Assembly: GCA_002104945.1 (NCBI GenBank)
Contig: MCFH01000015.1
Coordinates: forward strand, 310,001 to 374,000
Direction: 5' to 3'
DNA: 64,000 bases
Source: Piromyces finnis finn
Lineage: Eukaryota > Fungi > Neocallimastigomycota
The notes beneath the pieces were generated by a model. The model did no database searches. It saw nothing but the letters and a program-made list of their open reading frames with translations, and was not told where the DNA came from. This document shows, one piece after another, positions 34,543 to 48,072 of the stretch. A program made the position numbers and the translations under genes. Positions within the stretch are counted from its first letter, which is position 1; each line of letters starts with the position of its first letter.

Positions 34543-37500
34543 ATGTCTGGTTCCGGAGGTATTTTTGCTGGGGAAAACCCAATCAAGCCCGATAATGCTA
34601 TTTCTTTACTTATTGTACAGGTAATAATTGATATTATAACTAAATCATTAATAATGATACTTTTACTACTATTACTACTACTACTACTGCTATTATTATT
34701 ATTAATACTTTTTTTTTTTTAATTTTCAAAAAATAATAATTAGATTTTAGTTGTCATATTTATGACTCGTATTCTCAGTGTTATATTAGTTCGAATGAAA
34801 CAACCAAGGTAAATATTTGTTGACAAGAATGCTAGTAAAGCATTATAAAGTATTTTAAAAAATATTTATTTATTTAATAATTTCTCTATCCATCTATAAT
34901 AAACAGAGTAATCGCCGAAGTATTGACTGGTATTGTATTAGGTCCTTCAGGTAATTTCATTCTAATTCATATCTCTAATTATCAAAATGATAAATTTATC
35001 ATTTATTATATATATTACATTATTCTTACTTAATCCTACTTTATTAAAAATAGTACTTGGAAATTGGCAATGGTTTTCAAACAATATATTCCCGGAAGAG
35101 TCTATGCCAGTGTTAAAAGCTTTTTCTGAATTTGGTTTAATTTTCTTTATGTTCTTGGTTGGTCTTGAATTGGATACAAAATTAATGAAAGCTCATATAA
35201 AAGAATCAATGATTATTAGGTACATGATAAATTTTTATAAATTAAAAAGTATAAAGGATATTAGTCATATTTTTAAATTTTCAAGAAAAAAGAAAAATTT
35301 TTTTTTTTTTGAACATTAAATTTTCTTTTAATAATATTCAATATTCAATATATTATTTAATTTACTAATTTAATTTAACAAAAAAAAATTTTTTTATATA
35401 TATATAAAAAAAGTGCAACAGGTATTATATTTCCATTCTTATTAAGTATTGTAGCTAGTATTGTTTTGTATAACAAATTTTCAACAGATGATGTATCCTT
35501 CACATCTTATATGCTTTTCATTGGTGTAAGTATGTCAATTACAGCATTTCCAGTATTAGCCCGTATTTTATCTGATAGAAATCTATTATCAACAAAAGTG
35601 GGTATGACCTCTATTTCAGCAGCAGCTGTTGGTGATTCTGCCTCCTGGGTTTTCTTAGCTTTAGTCATTAGTATTGTTAATTCTAGTTCATCTCCAATGA
35701 CTTGTGTATATATTTTATTGGCTGGTTTTGCTTTTGCTATATTTATGATGACTGCAGTTAAAAAAATCGTTAATAAATTGATGGAACTTTCTTCAACCCG
35801 TGAAGATTTAAATGTTTTTATGATCTTTATTACTTTTGCCTTGATTTTAGCTTCTTCATGGATCACTGAAGCGATTGGTATTCACTCTATTTTTGGTGCC
35901 TTTTTAACAGGTTTAATCATTCCAAATGAAAGTGGTTTCGCAATTAAGCTAACGGAGAAAATTGAAGATATTATTTCTGTACTATTTGTTCCCCTTTATT
36001 TCGCCTATTCCGGTCTTCAAACAAAACTTTCCGCATTAAATTCATGGTCTGTATGGGGCATGCTCCTTTTAGTAATTGCTATGGCTTGTTTTGGAAAAAT
36101 ATTTTTTAGTTCTATTTCCGCTCGTTTCTGTGGATTGACATGGCGTGAATCCTTTGTTCTTGGTATTTTAATGAATACCAAAGGTCTTGTAGAATTGATT
36201 GTATTGAACATTGGTCGTGAAGCAGGCGTCATTGATGATAGAGTATTCGCTATTATGGTTATTATGGCTATAGTGACCACGTTAATTACTACTCCAACGG
36301 TGTCAGCTCTTTATCATCCAGAAAGAGCATTAATAGATGGAGATAAATCAATTGAAGAATTAAGATCTATAGAGGAGAGTGAAACGGAGCTTGAAAAGCT
36401 GAAGCATAAATCTGATTATAATGTCATTATTTGTTTATTCCATGTTAATTTTGTATCTCCAATGATGAATATATTACAAATTATTAATCCATATTATAAT
36501 CAACATGAAATTCGTCAAATGCAAATTCAATTTAACGTCACTGCTTTACGTCTCACCCAGCTGGATGAACGTACTTCCACCTTTTTAATGATGGCTGATG
36601 CCGGTGGTGCATTACATCGTGATCCTATCTATAGATATTTCCAATCTATTGTTATGAATAGAGTCCCCATTAACTGGCAATTTGCTGCTGCTAAGATTAC
36701 CGAATATCCAGATTACATTATTCAAACAGCTAGACGTTCTAAAGCTGATTTAGTTATTTTACCATGGATCCCATTAGATTTAGAATCACGTCAAAGAACT
36801 TTAGAAAATTGGTTAGAAATATGGTCCTCTGGACATCATAGAGATTTAATTGCCGATGTCTATAATAATACGAAACGTTCTGCTGTTGCGGCCTTTATTG
36901 ATCATGGTTTTGGTCATTTCAACGAAACTTTCTATGATGATCATCCATTATTAAATAAAAAGGATTATGATAACTTGTCTTCTAATGTGGAATTTGAAGA
37001 GGATAAACCCAAAGTCTTTATACCCTTTATGGGTGGACCAGACGATCGTGAAGCCCTTAAATTTGTTATTAAACTGTCCGCCTCTAAAAACATTACCATT
37101 CATATTCTCCGTATTCGTAAATTAGATTTACAAATGAATCAAGAGTTAAATGAAGATACCGTTCATTCCGTCAAATCAGATAAATCAAACTTTAGTAATA
37201 TGATTTACATGCTTCCGGATGATGAAGAAACCAAGAAGGATGATGAATTTATAAAACTTATTAATCAGTACATCAAAGCCAGAGGTAAACTTACCCTAGA
37301 AGCTATTTTAACGAACCAATACAACATAGAGGATGCCACAAAATATGGTATCCATATTTCACCTACGGAAAAGGATCATTGTGATATTTCTGAGCATGAA
37401 CGTAGTTCCAAAAAGAAAGCTAGAAGAGAATCGAAAATAAGAAGATCCAGTATATTTAAAAAGAGTAAGGACAAAGGAAATGAGATAGAAGGAAAAGAAG

Positions 37501-38285
37501 AAGAAGAAAAAGAAGAAGAAAGTGAAGTTGATATTTCTAATGTTAATGAAAAACCAAGAAAGAGAAGTTTACCAAGTTTATTAACAAGATCTCGTGAAAA
37601 TGAAAATGCTGCGGTGGCTAATAGAAAAAAGGCAAAAGAAGAAGCAGAAATCCAAAGACAACAACAATTAGAAAAACAGAGTAATGAAAAAAGGGAAGAA
37701 GATAGTAGTAATGATAGTGCTGAAGAATCGAGTTCATCTCTTTCATTTAAAGAAGATGGAAAACCACCATTACCAGAAATTGTAGAAGAAGATCATTTTA
37801 TTGATAATATTATTTTTGAAGAAGTAGAAACGACTGATCCTGTTAAATTAGCTATTAAAAAATGTACTGAATATGGTAAACATGATTTAATTATTATTGG
37901 TCGTACTGGTGCCTATCGTCATCATCAAAACCTTAAAGTTACTCTTCATGAAGTTTTAGATTATGTTCATTCTGCTCAACAAACCATTCAAAGTGAGTCG
38001 CAACAACAACAACAACAACAACAACAAAATTCTAATAATCCATTATCTCATTTATTCTATCGTAGAAGTAATAATCCATCTAGAACTTCCATTCCAAATA
38101 GTATTCATTCTCAAGCAAATTCAACTCTAGAAGAAACAAAAGCAGCAGCTGATCTTAAAGGTTTTAAGCGTCGTCAACAAATTTTATTAGGTGAATTAGG
38201 TGGTAATTTAATGACTTTAAAAAATGAAGTAAGTTCTAGTATTATGGTATTTAGAACTGTACATAAAAATGTATATGAAGATTAA
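34543..38285 (+). CDS. KHA1: CPA2-family K+(Na+)/H+ antiporter, KHA1/CHX-like; exons 34543-34620, 34744-34808, 34907-34950, 35054-35219, 35414-38285; 1074 aa
   Basis: GT-AG junctions and a spliced length of 3225 nt, in frame. Motifs MKQPRVIAEVLTGIVLGPS, GLIFFMFLVGLELD, SITAFPVLARIL, GIHSIFGAFLTG, LMNTKGLVELIVLNIG and PFMGGPDDREAL. Confidence 0.92.
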
Positions 38286-39087
38286 AAAAAAAAAAAAAAC
38301 CTTTAAAAAAAAGGGTTTTTAAACTATTTACATTGATACAATCAATAAGGATGAAAATAAGGATTATTATCAACAATAACAATAATTATAATAATGATTT
38401 CATGAAATTAAAAGTAATCTGTTGATAGATATTAGGCATCAAGTTTACAATATTTTATGGTTATTGTTATTTTTTAAACCATTAACATTATATACATATA
38501 CCATGAGATTATTATTTTTTTATTTATATATCAATTATTTATAAATATTATATACCTATTAGTTTAATTTAATTTAATTTTTCACTTTTACTATCTATCT
38601 TTTTATAAAATTAAAGCATCAATTATAAATTGTAATATTACAGTTTAAAGAATAATTTTTCTTTTTATTTTTAATCGCTACAAAGAAAAAAGAGAGAGAA
38701 ATTATTCTTTGTAACTATAAACTATTCAAAATAATAATAATAAAAAAAATAAAAATTATCTTTTTAAACTTTGATAAAATAATTAAAATAAACCATGATT
38801 TTTAATTAGGTATACCCTCTTCTTCCCCCCCCCCCCAAAAAAAAAAAGCATTTACTATTAATAAAAAAAAAAAAAAAAAAATTGTAATTAAATAACATTA
38901 ACTTTTTTATTGATGTTTTAAACAAATATTTAATAAAAAGAATTAGTCCTATGGATTTTAAACATTCTAAAGAAGAGAATTAATCTTTTTCTATACAATT
39001 TTCTTTTTCCTTTTTCCTTTTTTTTTTTTTTTTTACTTGTTCATTATGAAATTTATAAAAAGAAAAGAAAAACTTTTCTAAAGATAT

Positions 39088-40852
39088 ACGATGGTGATTC
39101 GTCCTGAATCAATAGAAAATCAGAACAAGAGAGATCCAACATTTTACTTAGCAGGACAACCCATTCCAACTACTGATTGTTATACTTATCTTGGTGTTCC
39201 ATTTGATAAGAATCTGTCCCTTAAACCAGTAATTAAAGCTCTTAATAACAAGGTTTTGAAAGGACTTTTTTCAGTCAGTAAATTCTTAAGAAATCCTAAT
39301 ATTCCTATTCCCTTCAAAAAGCTAGTACTTAACTCACAAGTGATTAGCAGAGTTTCATACTTTGCACCATTACTTGGATCCAACAAAGCCAGGTCTAGGA
39401 TTGCTCAGAAGCATGTTAACAAAGGAATACGATGGGTTGCCGGAGTTCATAAAGCTGTATCGTTTATATCTTTATACTCTATTTCAAAAGATTTGAATAT
39501 TCTTCCATTGTCAGCCAAATGTGCATTAGCTCAGGTTAGATGTTTTAACAAATGGAAAAACTCAAATTGTATTATCTCACACCTTGTCAATTACATTCCT
39601 AAATTTAGAAAATACACGTGGTGCAAATCAAGTAGGACACTTGATAAAAAACTAAAGAAGCATGGAGATGTTAAAGCAGTTAAAAACCTTTATTGGAAAG
39701 ATCTCAAGGGGAATTCAATCAAAGTGCAATATTATGATGATAATAAATTTAGTGAAACTAAAGATTTTATTAAATTATGTTATGAATACCCAGAGTTTGC
39801 CTATGGCTTTTACTGGCTATTGAAAGCAAGAAGCGGATACAAGTTGGATGCTAGAGTTGCCAAAGCTGCTAAATTTGTTGATCCAGTTTGTCCTAACTAC
39901 TGTCCATGTTGCAAGTGTGGAGATCAAAGTATTAAACATTGGTTATTAGATTGTCCAACATTTAGAGATATCCGTATTAAACATTATGATTCCATAGTCC
40001 AGCTACTAAATTTTTTCAGTCAACGTAATTCCAATAGTCCTATCAATAATAATGAAATTGATAATATCAGTAGAGATAGTAATAACATTAATAGTAATAG
40101 TAACAATAGTAGTAATAACAATAGTAATAGTAACAATAGTAATAGTAACAATAGTAATAATAACAATAATAGAAATAATAATATTAGTAATGATAGCAAT
40201 AGTGAAGATAATAATTCTAATTTAGATAGTAATTTAGATAATAATAGTAATAGTTCTAATAATCCGGTGAATATTAATGTGTATGATTATTCTAGTGTGT
40301 GCAGTAAAATATTTAAATTCCTTCTTGGGGGAAGAAGTTTTAACAATATCAATTACAATTCAAGGGAATGGAAAGAACTTTGTAAGCGTCAGATTCAATC
40401 TGGTACTAATGAAGGAACACCATTCTTGACGGTAACCGCGGAACTTCTAACCAAAATCATGCCTTTTGCTATTGGCCAGCAATGGTCAATGTTCAAAAGG
40501 TTTGAAGCAACATCCAAGAGCGTCAATGCTGAAGAAACAGTAAGACAGGAGGGCGCAGCGCAACCAATGGAGATCATAATTTTGTCCCATGATAAAATTT
40601 TGATCTTTGGCTCGGTGTCCCATTGGAAGTCAAATACAATTATTATACTTTAGTATGATAGTGGCTTTCTTACTTTAATTAAAATGACTCGAATACATTA
40701 TACCCAATTTTTATTCATTTGTGTTTATTTAAACCTATTTTTTTTATTTTTATTTATTTTTAATTTTTTATTACATGTATTATAATTTTAATTAAATTAA
40801 TAATAAAGTTTAAAATATTTGATGCCGTTAAAAAAAAAAAAAAAAAAAAAAA
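39088..40852 (+). mobile_element. 5'-truncated copy of the same LINE family, with poly(A) and a 12-13-bp TSD
   Basis: Aligns to about 18598-20390 of the full element. Poly(A) at 40830-40852. TTCTAAAGATAT(A) at 39076-39087/88 recurs at 40853-40864/65. It starts downstream of the FADD motif and has a frameshift near the C-terminus, so ORF 39091-40653 is a remnant. Confidence 0.96.
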
Positions 40853-41528
40853 TTCTAAAGATATATTTAATGATAATTAATAAAGCCACAAAAATATTTA
40901 AAATTTATATAGATTGTGGCTTGATTTAAGACAAAGAACAATAAAAAATTTCAATTTTTATAATAAAAAAATACAACGAAAAATCAAAAATCGAAAATTT
41001 TTTAAATCTTTCTTTATCATCATCTTTATTAGAAGGGAGGGGAAAAAAAATTGTTGTTTTATTCTTTAATTAATATTTTGAAATAAATAAAATAAAAAGA
41101 TGGTTATACATTCAAATATAATAATACAATAAACCATTATAATCTTTGTATAATAATTAAAATTTAATAATCTTTTATAAATCAACCTAATATCAAATGA
41201 AGGGTTATGTTATATCAAATTCATTATTATTTTTTATTATTTAAAAATGAAACCATTTTTAAAAAATAATGACGCAATTTAAATATTAAAATTGAATTAA
41301 AAAAAGAAAAATAAAAAAAAAAACTATTTATATAAAAAGGAAGAAAAATGGATCTTTTTTTTTTAATTTAATATATATTTTTTAAAATAAAATAATAAAA
41401 GTAGCTTTAAAAGGTAGGTTTAAAAATGTTTAAAAGATATATTTGTAGATATATGAATGATGATGTAGTAATGACTTATTAATAAATATTTATATTTAAT
41501 AAACTGGAGTAAATAACCGTATTTTACA

Positions 41529-41807
41529 ATGAACAACAATCATAATGTTGATGATGATTCTTTAGACAAATTCTTTGAGGAATCACCTTTATTTGAAGAA
41601 GAAAGGTTAAGAGAAAGATTAAAGGAACAAAAAAAAGAACCATTATCATCCCTGGAGAATAAAAACAACACCTTATTTAATAATTCATTACGTTGTAAAA
41701 ATTGTAATAATCATGGTGACATTACCTTAAGACGTATTGAAAATAGGGAAGAATCCATTTTAGTATGCTATTGTTTAAATTGTAAAAGAATTATCAGTCG
41801 ATTATAA
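41529..41807 (+). CDS. Small hypothetical protein (92 aa) with a C-terminal CxxC...CxxC zinc-ribbon-like motif
   Basis: Single ORF that is locally less AT-rich than its flanks. Acidic N-terminus, then RCKNCNNHG...VCYCLNCKRII. Confidence 0.55.
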   Translation: MNNNHNVDDDSLDKFFEESPLFEEERLRERLKEQKKEPLSSLENKNNTLFNNSLRCKNCNNHGDITLRRIENREESILVCYCLNCKRIISRL

Positions 41808-42951
41808 ATATCTATACTAAATACGTATGGATTATTAAAATTAGATATATAAATAAATATATATAAATTGTAGTTATAAATTCATTATTTTTTTTTTTTG
41901 TAAAATAAAAGGATTTATAATTATTTAATATATAAAAAAAAAAATTTCAAAAGTATTTTAAAAGTGTTAAAAAAAAATTTGATACTAATAATATATATTA
42001 TATACAATTATATATTATTAATATTAAATGTAATCAAAGAACAGTCTTCATAAATAAAATGGTGAATTTAATAGAAATTATAAAAACGATTTTTAAATGA
42101 AATATTAAAATAAATCATACTTTTTATCAATTATTTAAATTTTCAGTTTTAACAGCATTTTATGATTATAAATTTTAAAATAAAATAAGTTATGATTTAT
42201 TTTCAAAGACAAACTACTAAAACAGTATTGCTTTTAAATAAAACTTTTTTTATTTATATTTTTTCTTTTATATTTTTTATACATGCATTAATGAAAAAAA
42301 AAAAGTCTAATACAAGTTACATTTTCATTATTTGTATTATCATTAAAACAATATAATGTTAAAAATAGTTATTATATTGTTAAAAAAATGGTATTTAAAG
42401 AATCATTACTACTAGTAATACGAACTATTGAATTGTTGTATATATATATATATAAAAGAAATCCATTCCTATCCCTAATAAAAATTCTTGATTGTTTATC
42501 ATTTCCTAGAAAATTAATATTTATTACAATAATTAAATATTAATAAAAAAAATTAAAAATTATGTATTCTCAATCTATGAATTATTGTTTTTTTTTTTTA
42601 ATATAAAGTTTATATAATGAGATTTTTACTCACTTGATTATTATTACTAATTATTGTTACTAATTATTACTTTTTTTTTCACAGACTACTTGGTTTTAAA
42701 GATGCTAATTTAAATGATTATAATAACCATGGCAACTAAAATAAAAAAAATTACTAATATAAAGAATGTTTAATAATTTATATCAGGTGAGTATGACAAG
42801 CATTTTTTATATATTTTAATATCATTTGAAGTTGCTTATAAAAAAAAACTTACCATAAAAAATATAAAAAATGATAATTTTTTTTTTTGAAATTATTAAT
42901 TATCGAGCCATTATTACAAATATAGTAATTTATAATTATAATTATATATTT

Positions 42952-44805
42952 TTAAAAAATACCTATAACTAGAATAAGGATAGTAATAATAACAGTAGTT
43001 ATCCACAATTTCTATAAAGAAATAAAAATATATTATACATATATATATTAATTATATAATGATTTATTTTTTATTTTTTATTTCAACTATAAAAATATTC
43101 TATGTTTATATTTAACATTTATAATTTACTTTTCTACTACTTTGACGAATTTTAATGGCTTTAGTCATTTCAGATGAACCTTGTTGAACCGCTTCATCTA
43201 CTTGATCAACATTTTCTTTAATACTAACCATAATATCATTTTGAGTCATTAACATATTTTGCATATTTTCAAAAGTATATAATAATTCCTATTATAAATA
43301 AAATATTTAATTTTTTTTTTTTACTATATTGATTATTTCTCTTACTATTATTATTATTATCATTGCTATTATTATTATTATTATCATTGCTATTATTATT
43401 ATTATTATTTATTATTATTATTATTATTATTACTATTACTATTACTATTACTATTACTATTACTATTACTATTACTATTACTATTACTATTACTATTACT
43501 ATTACTATTACTATTACTATTACTATTACTATTACTATACTATTACTATTACTATTACTATTACTATTACTATTACTATTACTATTACTATTACTATTAC
43601 TATTACTATTACTATTACTATTACTATTACTATTACTATTACTATTACTATTACTATTACTATTACTATTACTATTACTATTACTATTACTATTACTATT
43701 ATTATTATTATTATTATTATCATCATTATCATTATTATTATTATTTAATATTATTATGTATTTATATATTATTAAAAAATTTATACTTCAACAGATTGTT
43801 CTAATCTTTTTATTTCTGTATTTGTAACATGAGATTCTTGATATTCTTCTTCTCTAGAATATTTAATATTGGATAATTCTTGTTTAAATATTGGTGATGT
43901 ATTATTATTTTCAAATGATGCTTGAACTTCGGTTTCTGAAGCATTTTTATGTACTATTTTTTTTTTGTTAAAAAAAAAAAAGTAAAGGGTAAAAGAAGAA
44001 AATAATATATCATATTCTTATATTTTCTTATATTTATTTTATCAATTTCTTTTTTTTTTTTTTTTGAAGGGGGAATAATAGAATACTTTTTTTTTTAAAA
44101 TGAAAATAATAAATTTAAATCTATTCTTTTCTTACTTAACATATATTGATATTTAAATAGTTTATAGATTTTCTTTTGATGTTCCATTTTTAAATAATTA
44201 TATGATTTCAGAAGATGCTTTAAATCATTGGCAAGTTTTCGTTCAAGTGAAATACGAATATTATTTCTTTTATCTTTAGTTTTATTTTTTGTTTCATTAC
44301 TTAGGATTAAAAGTTGAGTTCCGATATCTCTTAACCTACTTGATATATCAATTTTTAATCTATTGATATGTTTATTTATAGCCGAAAACTTTGCCGAATT
44401 AATATTCATCATTAGTTGATCCTGTAGTTGACTCAACTTTTTTATATCTTCCTTGGAATAATTTAATTCAGTTTGTAAATATTTTATCTGTTTATTTAAC
44501 ATAATAAAATAAAAAAAAACTATTTAATACCATCATTCATGAATTAATTTTATATTATTGATACTTTTACTATTTTAATTTTTTTTCTTTTGAAAAATTT
44601 TATGTATTATATCTATTTTTAATATCATTTTTACTTTATCATCAAAATCTTTATCAACAAGAACTTGTACGATTTCAGTTTTTTGTTGAGCATCATTATA
44701 ATTTTCTTCTTGATCGTGACAAGGTACATTGGTGTTGGAAGCGTGTATTTTATTGCTCTTTTTGAAAAATCGTTTATTGTAGAATTTAATAAATTTAAAT
44801 TTCAT
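42952..44805 (-). CDS. Divergent syntaxin (Qa-SNARE, Sso-like); exons 44635-44805, 44136-44487, 43787-43953, 43130-43288, 42952-43011; 302 aa
   Basis: GT-AG junctions keep frame. Helical Habc-like region, then HKNASETEVQASFE...IFKQEL, the SNARE motif EIKRLEQSVEELLYTFENMQNMLMTQNDIMVSIKENVDQVDEAVQQGSSEMTKAIKIRQSSRK with a central Gln, and the tail anchor KLWITTVIITILILVIGIF-stop. Confidence 0.85.
43339..43745. repeat. Compound (TAT)n/(TACTAT)n microsatellite filling intron 3 of the syntaxin gene
   Basis: About 270 bp of near-pure TACTAT hexamer flanked by TAT runs, all inside intron 43289-43786. Confidence 0.95.
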
Positions 44806-47479
44806 TCTTTATCTAATTTATTAATATAAAATATTTTATGTTAAAAAAAGTTATAAATAATAATTATATAATATTATATAATATTTTCTTATATTATATA
44901 TATTATATTAGTTTTTACTCAAGGCATGTCATTTAAAAAAATAATGTATTCTTTTATATAAATGTAGAAGACATGCGAAAAAAATAGATATACGCATAAT
45001 AACACTACTTTTTTTTTTTTTTTTTTTTTTTTTATTAATTTATACCTTTAATGATTTTAGTAAAAAGAGTATTATAGATATATTATTTTTTATATCATTG
45101 TATTATAATAATATATCAAAAAGGTATTTTTTATTAAATTATAATGAAATTATTTATTTTTAAAGTGAAAAAATTTTTTTGTTAAAAGTTAAAAAGAGAA
45201 TTAATTTCAAGTGTATTATTACTATATAGCAAAACTTTTATGATGAATATAGAATACTTTGTAAGAAAAAGTTAAAATATACTACTAGAAAAGAAAAGTC
45301 ACATATATATATTTCTTTTTGAGTTGAAACAATTTTATCATGGATATATTAATAATATTAATTTTTTTTAAAATCCTTGACAATGTATGACAATTATAAA
45401 TGTTGTCATTGACACCTACGATGGTTCATTTAATTATTATTAGAATCCCTTTTTACAGTCATATTCAAATTTTAACCATTTAACTTTTTTTTTTTACAAA
45501 TAACTGTTTTACCTAATCAAAACATTTAATTTTTAATTATAATATTATAATGTTACATATATTATATTAATAGTCCATTATTAAATAAAACCATTAATTA
45601 TTATTTATAAAAAGTGAAAAAAATAAGTAATAATAATTATATGCTAATGGTTTTTTTTGTACCATCGAATTTTTTCTATTTAAAATTTTAAGAATATGAT
45701 TAAAGCTTTAGAAAATTTTTTAAAAACCAGAACAAATGAATAGAAAACTTTTTGATGCTTTAATACTTTAAAAAAGGTAAAGAAGTCCTTTTTTCTTATC
45801 TTACAACTACTCACACCTCACCTTTGGGTTTTTACTTTTTTCTTTCACTTAAAATTAATTTATTTCAATATAAATTAATATATAATGGAATTGAATCTTA
45901 ATTTATTATAAATGATATTTTAATTTAAAATTTCTTTAAATCTTAATTTATAATAAAATTATTTATTTAGAGTAATCTATTGGAGATAATTTTAAAATTA
46001 TAAATTAAATGATCTTTTTCTTTTTTAATTCTTATTTTAAGCAAGATTTTTTTATGTTATAGCATGTAAAAAGTTTTAAAAAACAATTGAGATATCACAA
46101 TATTTAAACCTCTATTAAAATACTTTAACTAATTTTGATGTAATAGAATTATTTCTTTTATTTTGTAATAGGTATATTTTAATCCATATCCTCCCGAATT
46201 TGATCTTTACCTCAAAGTTTTATGATGAATTCGAAACTTCAAAAGGATAGGTTTTATTTTAGTATAGAGATACAGTACCTAAGACAATTAATATCAAGTT
46301 TTTTTATGCGTTTTTTATTATTATTCAAAAGTATCTAAGTAAACATAAAAAAAAACAAATTTTCTCTCTTATTAGTAATATTGTTGTTAGCATTTGGAAT
46401 GTAAACTTTTAGGCAATAAAAAATAAAAAAAAAAAAAAAAAGTTTATTCAAATACAGAAAAATATTTAATAATATCTTTTTTCTTATTTAATATGATTCA
46501 TAAAATGAGATTAATGGAAACAAAGGATAATAGAATTTTTTTAAATCATTAAAATGATGATAATTATCATTATTATATATTATATCTAATATTAAATTTA
46601 ATCATAAAGTAAAGAGAAAGTATAAATTTATGATTTCTTTTACTCTTTATTTGAATAGATAGCTGAGTCTGTAATTGATGTATTTCAAAAAAAATAATAA
46701 TTAATACTATAGTTATATCATAATTAGTAAGATATTTATAAGTAATTTTATTAAACTATAACCAGTAAATATTTTTACCTAGATAAAAACAATTGATTCA
46801 ATTTTAATATTTTTATAAATTTATATATTCTTGTTAGCAAATAATACAACTTTTTTTATTGGGTTTGGTAATGCTGGAATTTGGAATTAGAATTTTATTA
46901 TAAAAAGAATTTAATCCATTATAAATTAAAGGTGTAAAAATTAAATGAGATATATTTATATATTTTCATTTTATAAAGTGAATATACTTCCTCTCATATA
47001 TAAATATAAAAATAATTACATAAATATATAAAAAATAATATTTGTATATATATTTCTTTTGATTTAATGCTTCTATATATATTTTATTATATAGAACACG
47101 TATTTCTTTAACTTATTGAAAAAAAAAAAAAAAAAAAAAAATCACAAAAATTTAGTAGAACTTGAGTTTTATTAAACTAGTATACATTATACAATTTATA
47201 TATATTATTTAAGAAAAGGCTATGTTTTAACCATAATCTTTGAATCTTAATAAAAATAATTCAAGATTCAATATTACCAACAAAAATACTTTTAACTATA
47301 CTTTTAAATTATTAACTACAAAAAGTAAATAGTGAATATTACCGATATTGTTGAATAAACTTTTAAATAGTATACTAATATAAAATTATATAGCACAAGA
47401 AATTAAAAAAAAACTATCAAAATAAAAAAGGTTTATTAGGTATTTTTATATGAATAGTTATTATTCATTTTGTATTTTT

Positions 47480-47589
47480 CTTTTGTAACATTGGTTTAAG
47501 CATAAAAATAAAAGGAGATTTGTTCTACAATGCTGCTAAAAAAAAAATGGTTTAAGCATAAAAATAAAAGGAGATTTGTTCTACAATGC

Positions 47590-47623
<34 letters not shown>
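47480..47623 (+). repeat. Two copies of a 44-bp unit, each followed by an A tract; possibly a short retroposed insert
   Basis: TGGTTTAAGCATAAAAATAAAAGGAGATTTGTTCTACAATGCTG at 47492-47535 and 47548-47591, followed by A10 and A30. Confidence 0.75.
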
Positions 47624-47625
<2 letters not shown>

Positions 47626-48072
47626 TATTTTTTATATTTTATTTTTTCTAAACAAAAAAGAAAACATTAATTTTAAATTGAAATTGTATGAAAATAAATT
47701 ATTTTTATACTCAGTAAGAAATACAATAATATTTGAAAAATTAAACATTCTATTAATATAATTAGGATTTATTAAAGTATTTTTTTTTTTTTTTTTATTC
47801 TTTTTTATTTTTTTTTATTTTAATTATTAAAATATCTTTAGTAATTGTTTAATTAGTACTTTTTCGTTTATTTATTACATTTAAAAAAAAATTTTATCTA
47901 GATTATTTTTATTATTATTATGGTAGTTGTTAATAATACAGTATATAAAAATGATTTTATCATTTTATTTATTTAAAAATTATTATATCATTTCTCTCTC
48001 TCTCTCTCTCTCTTTTTTTTCTTTTAAAAAAATGGTATATTGTAAACAGTTAATATGAAATTATTCAATAAT

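Noticed and set aside
42600-42800. Apparent + strand exon bounded by CACAG and GTGAGT
   Set aside because: No sustained reading frame or partner exons were found. It could be a non-coding exon but is unsupported.
43329-43827. IT-repeat, IV-repeat and poly-Leu ORFs
   Set aside because: Translations of the compound microsatellite inside a syntaxin intron.
46150-46330. Slightly GC-richer patch, possibly a decayed transposon or gene
   Set aside because: Stops in all frames and no identifiable motif. The same holds for about 52440-52710.
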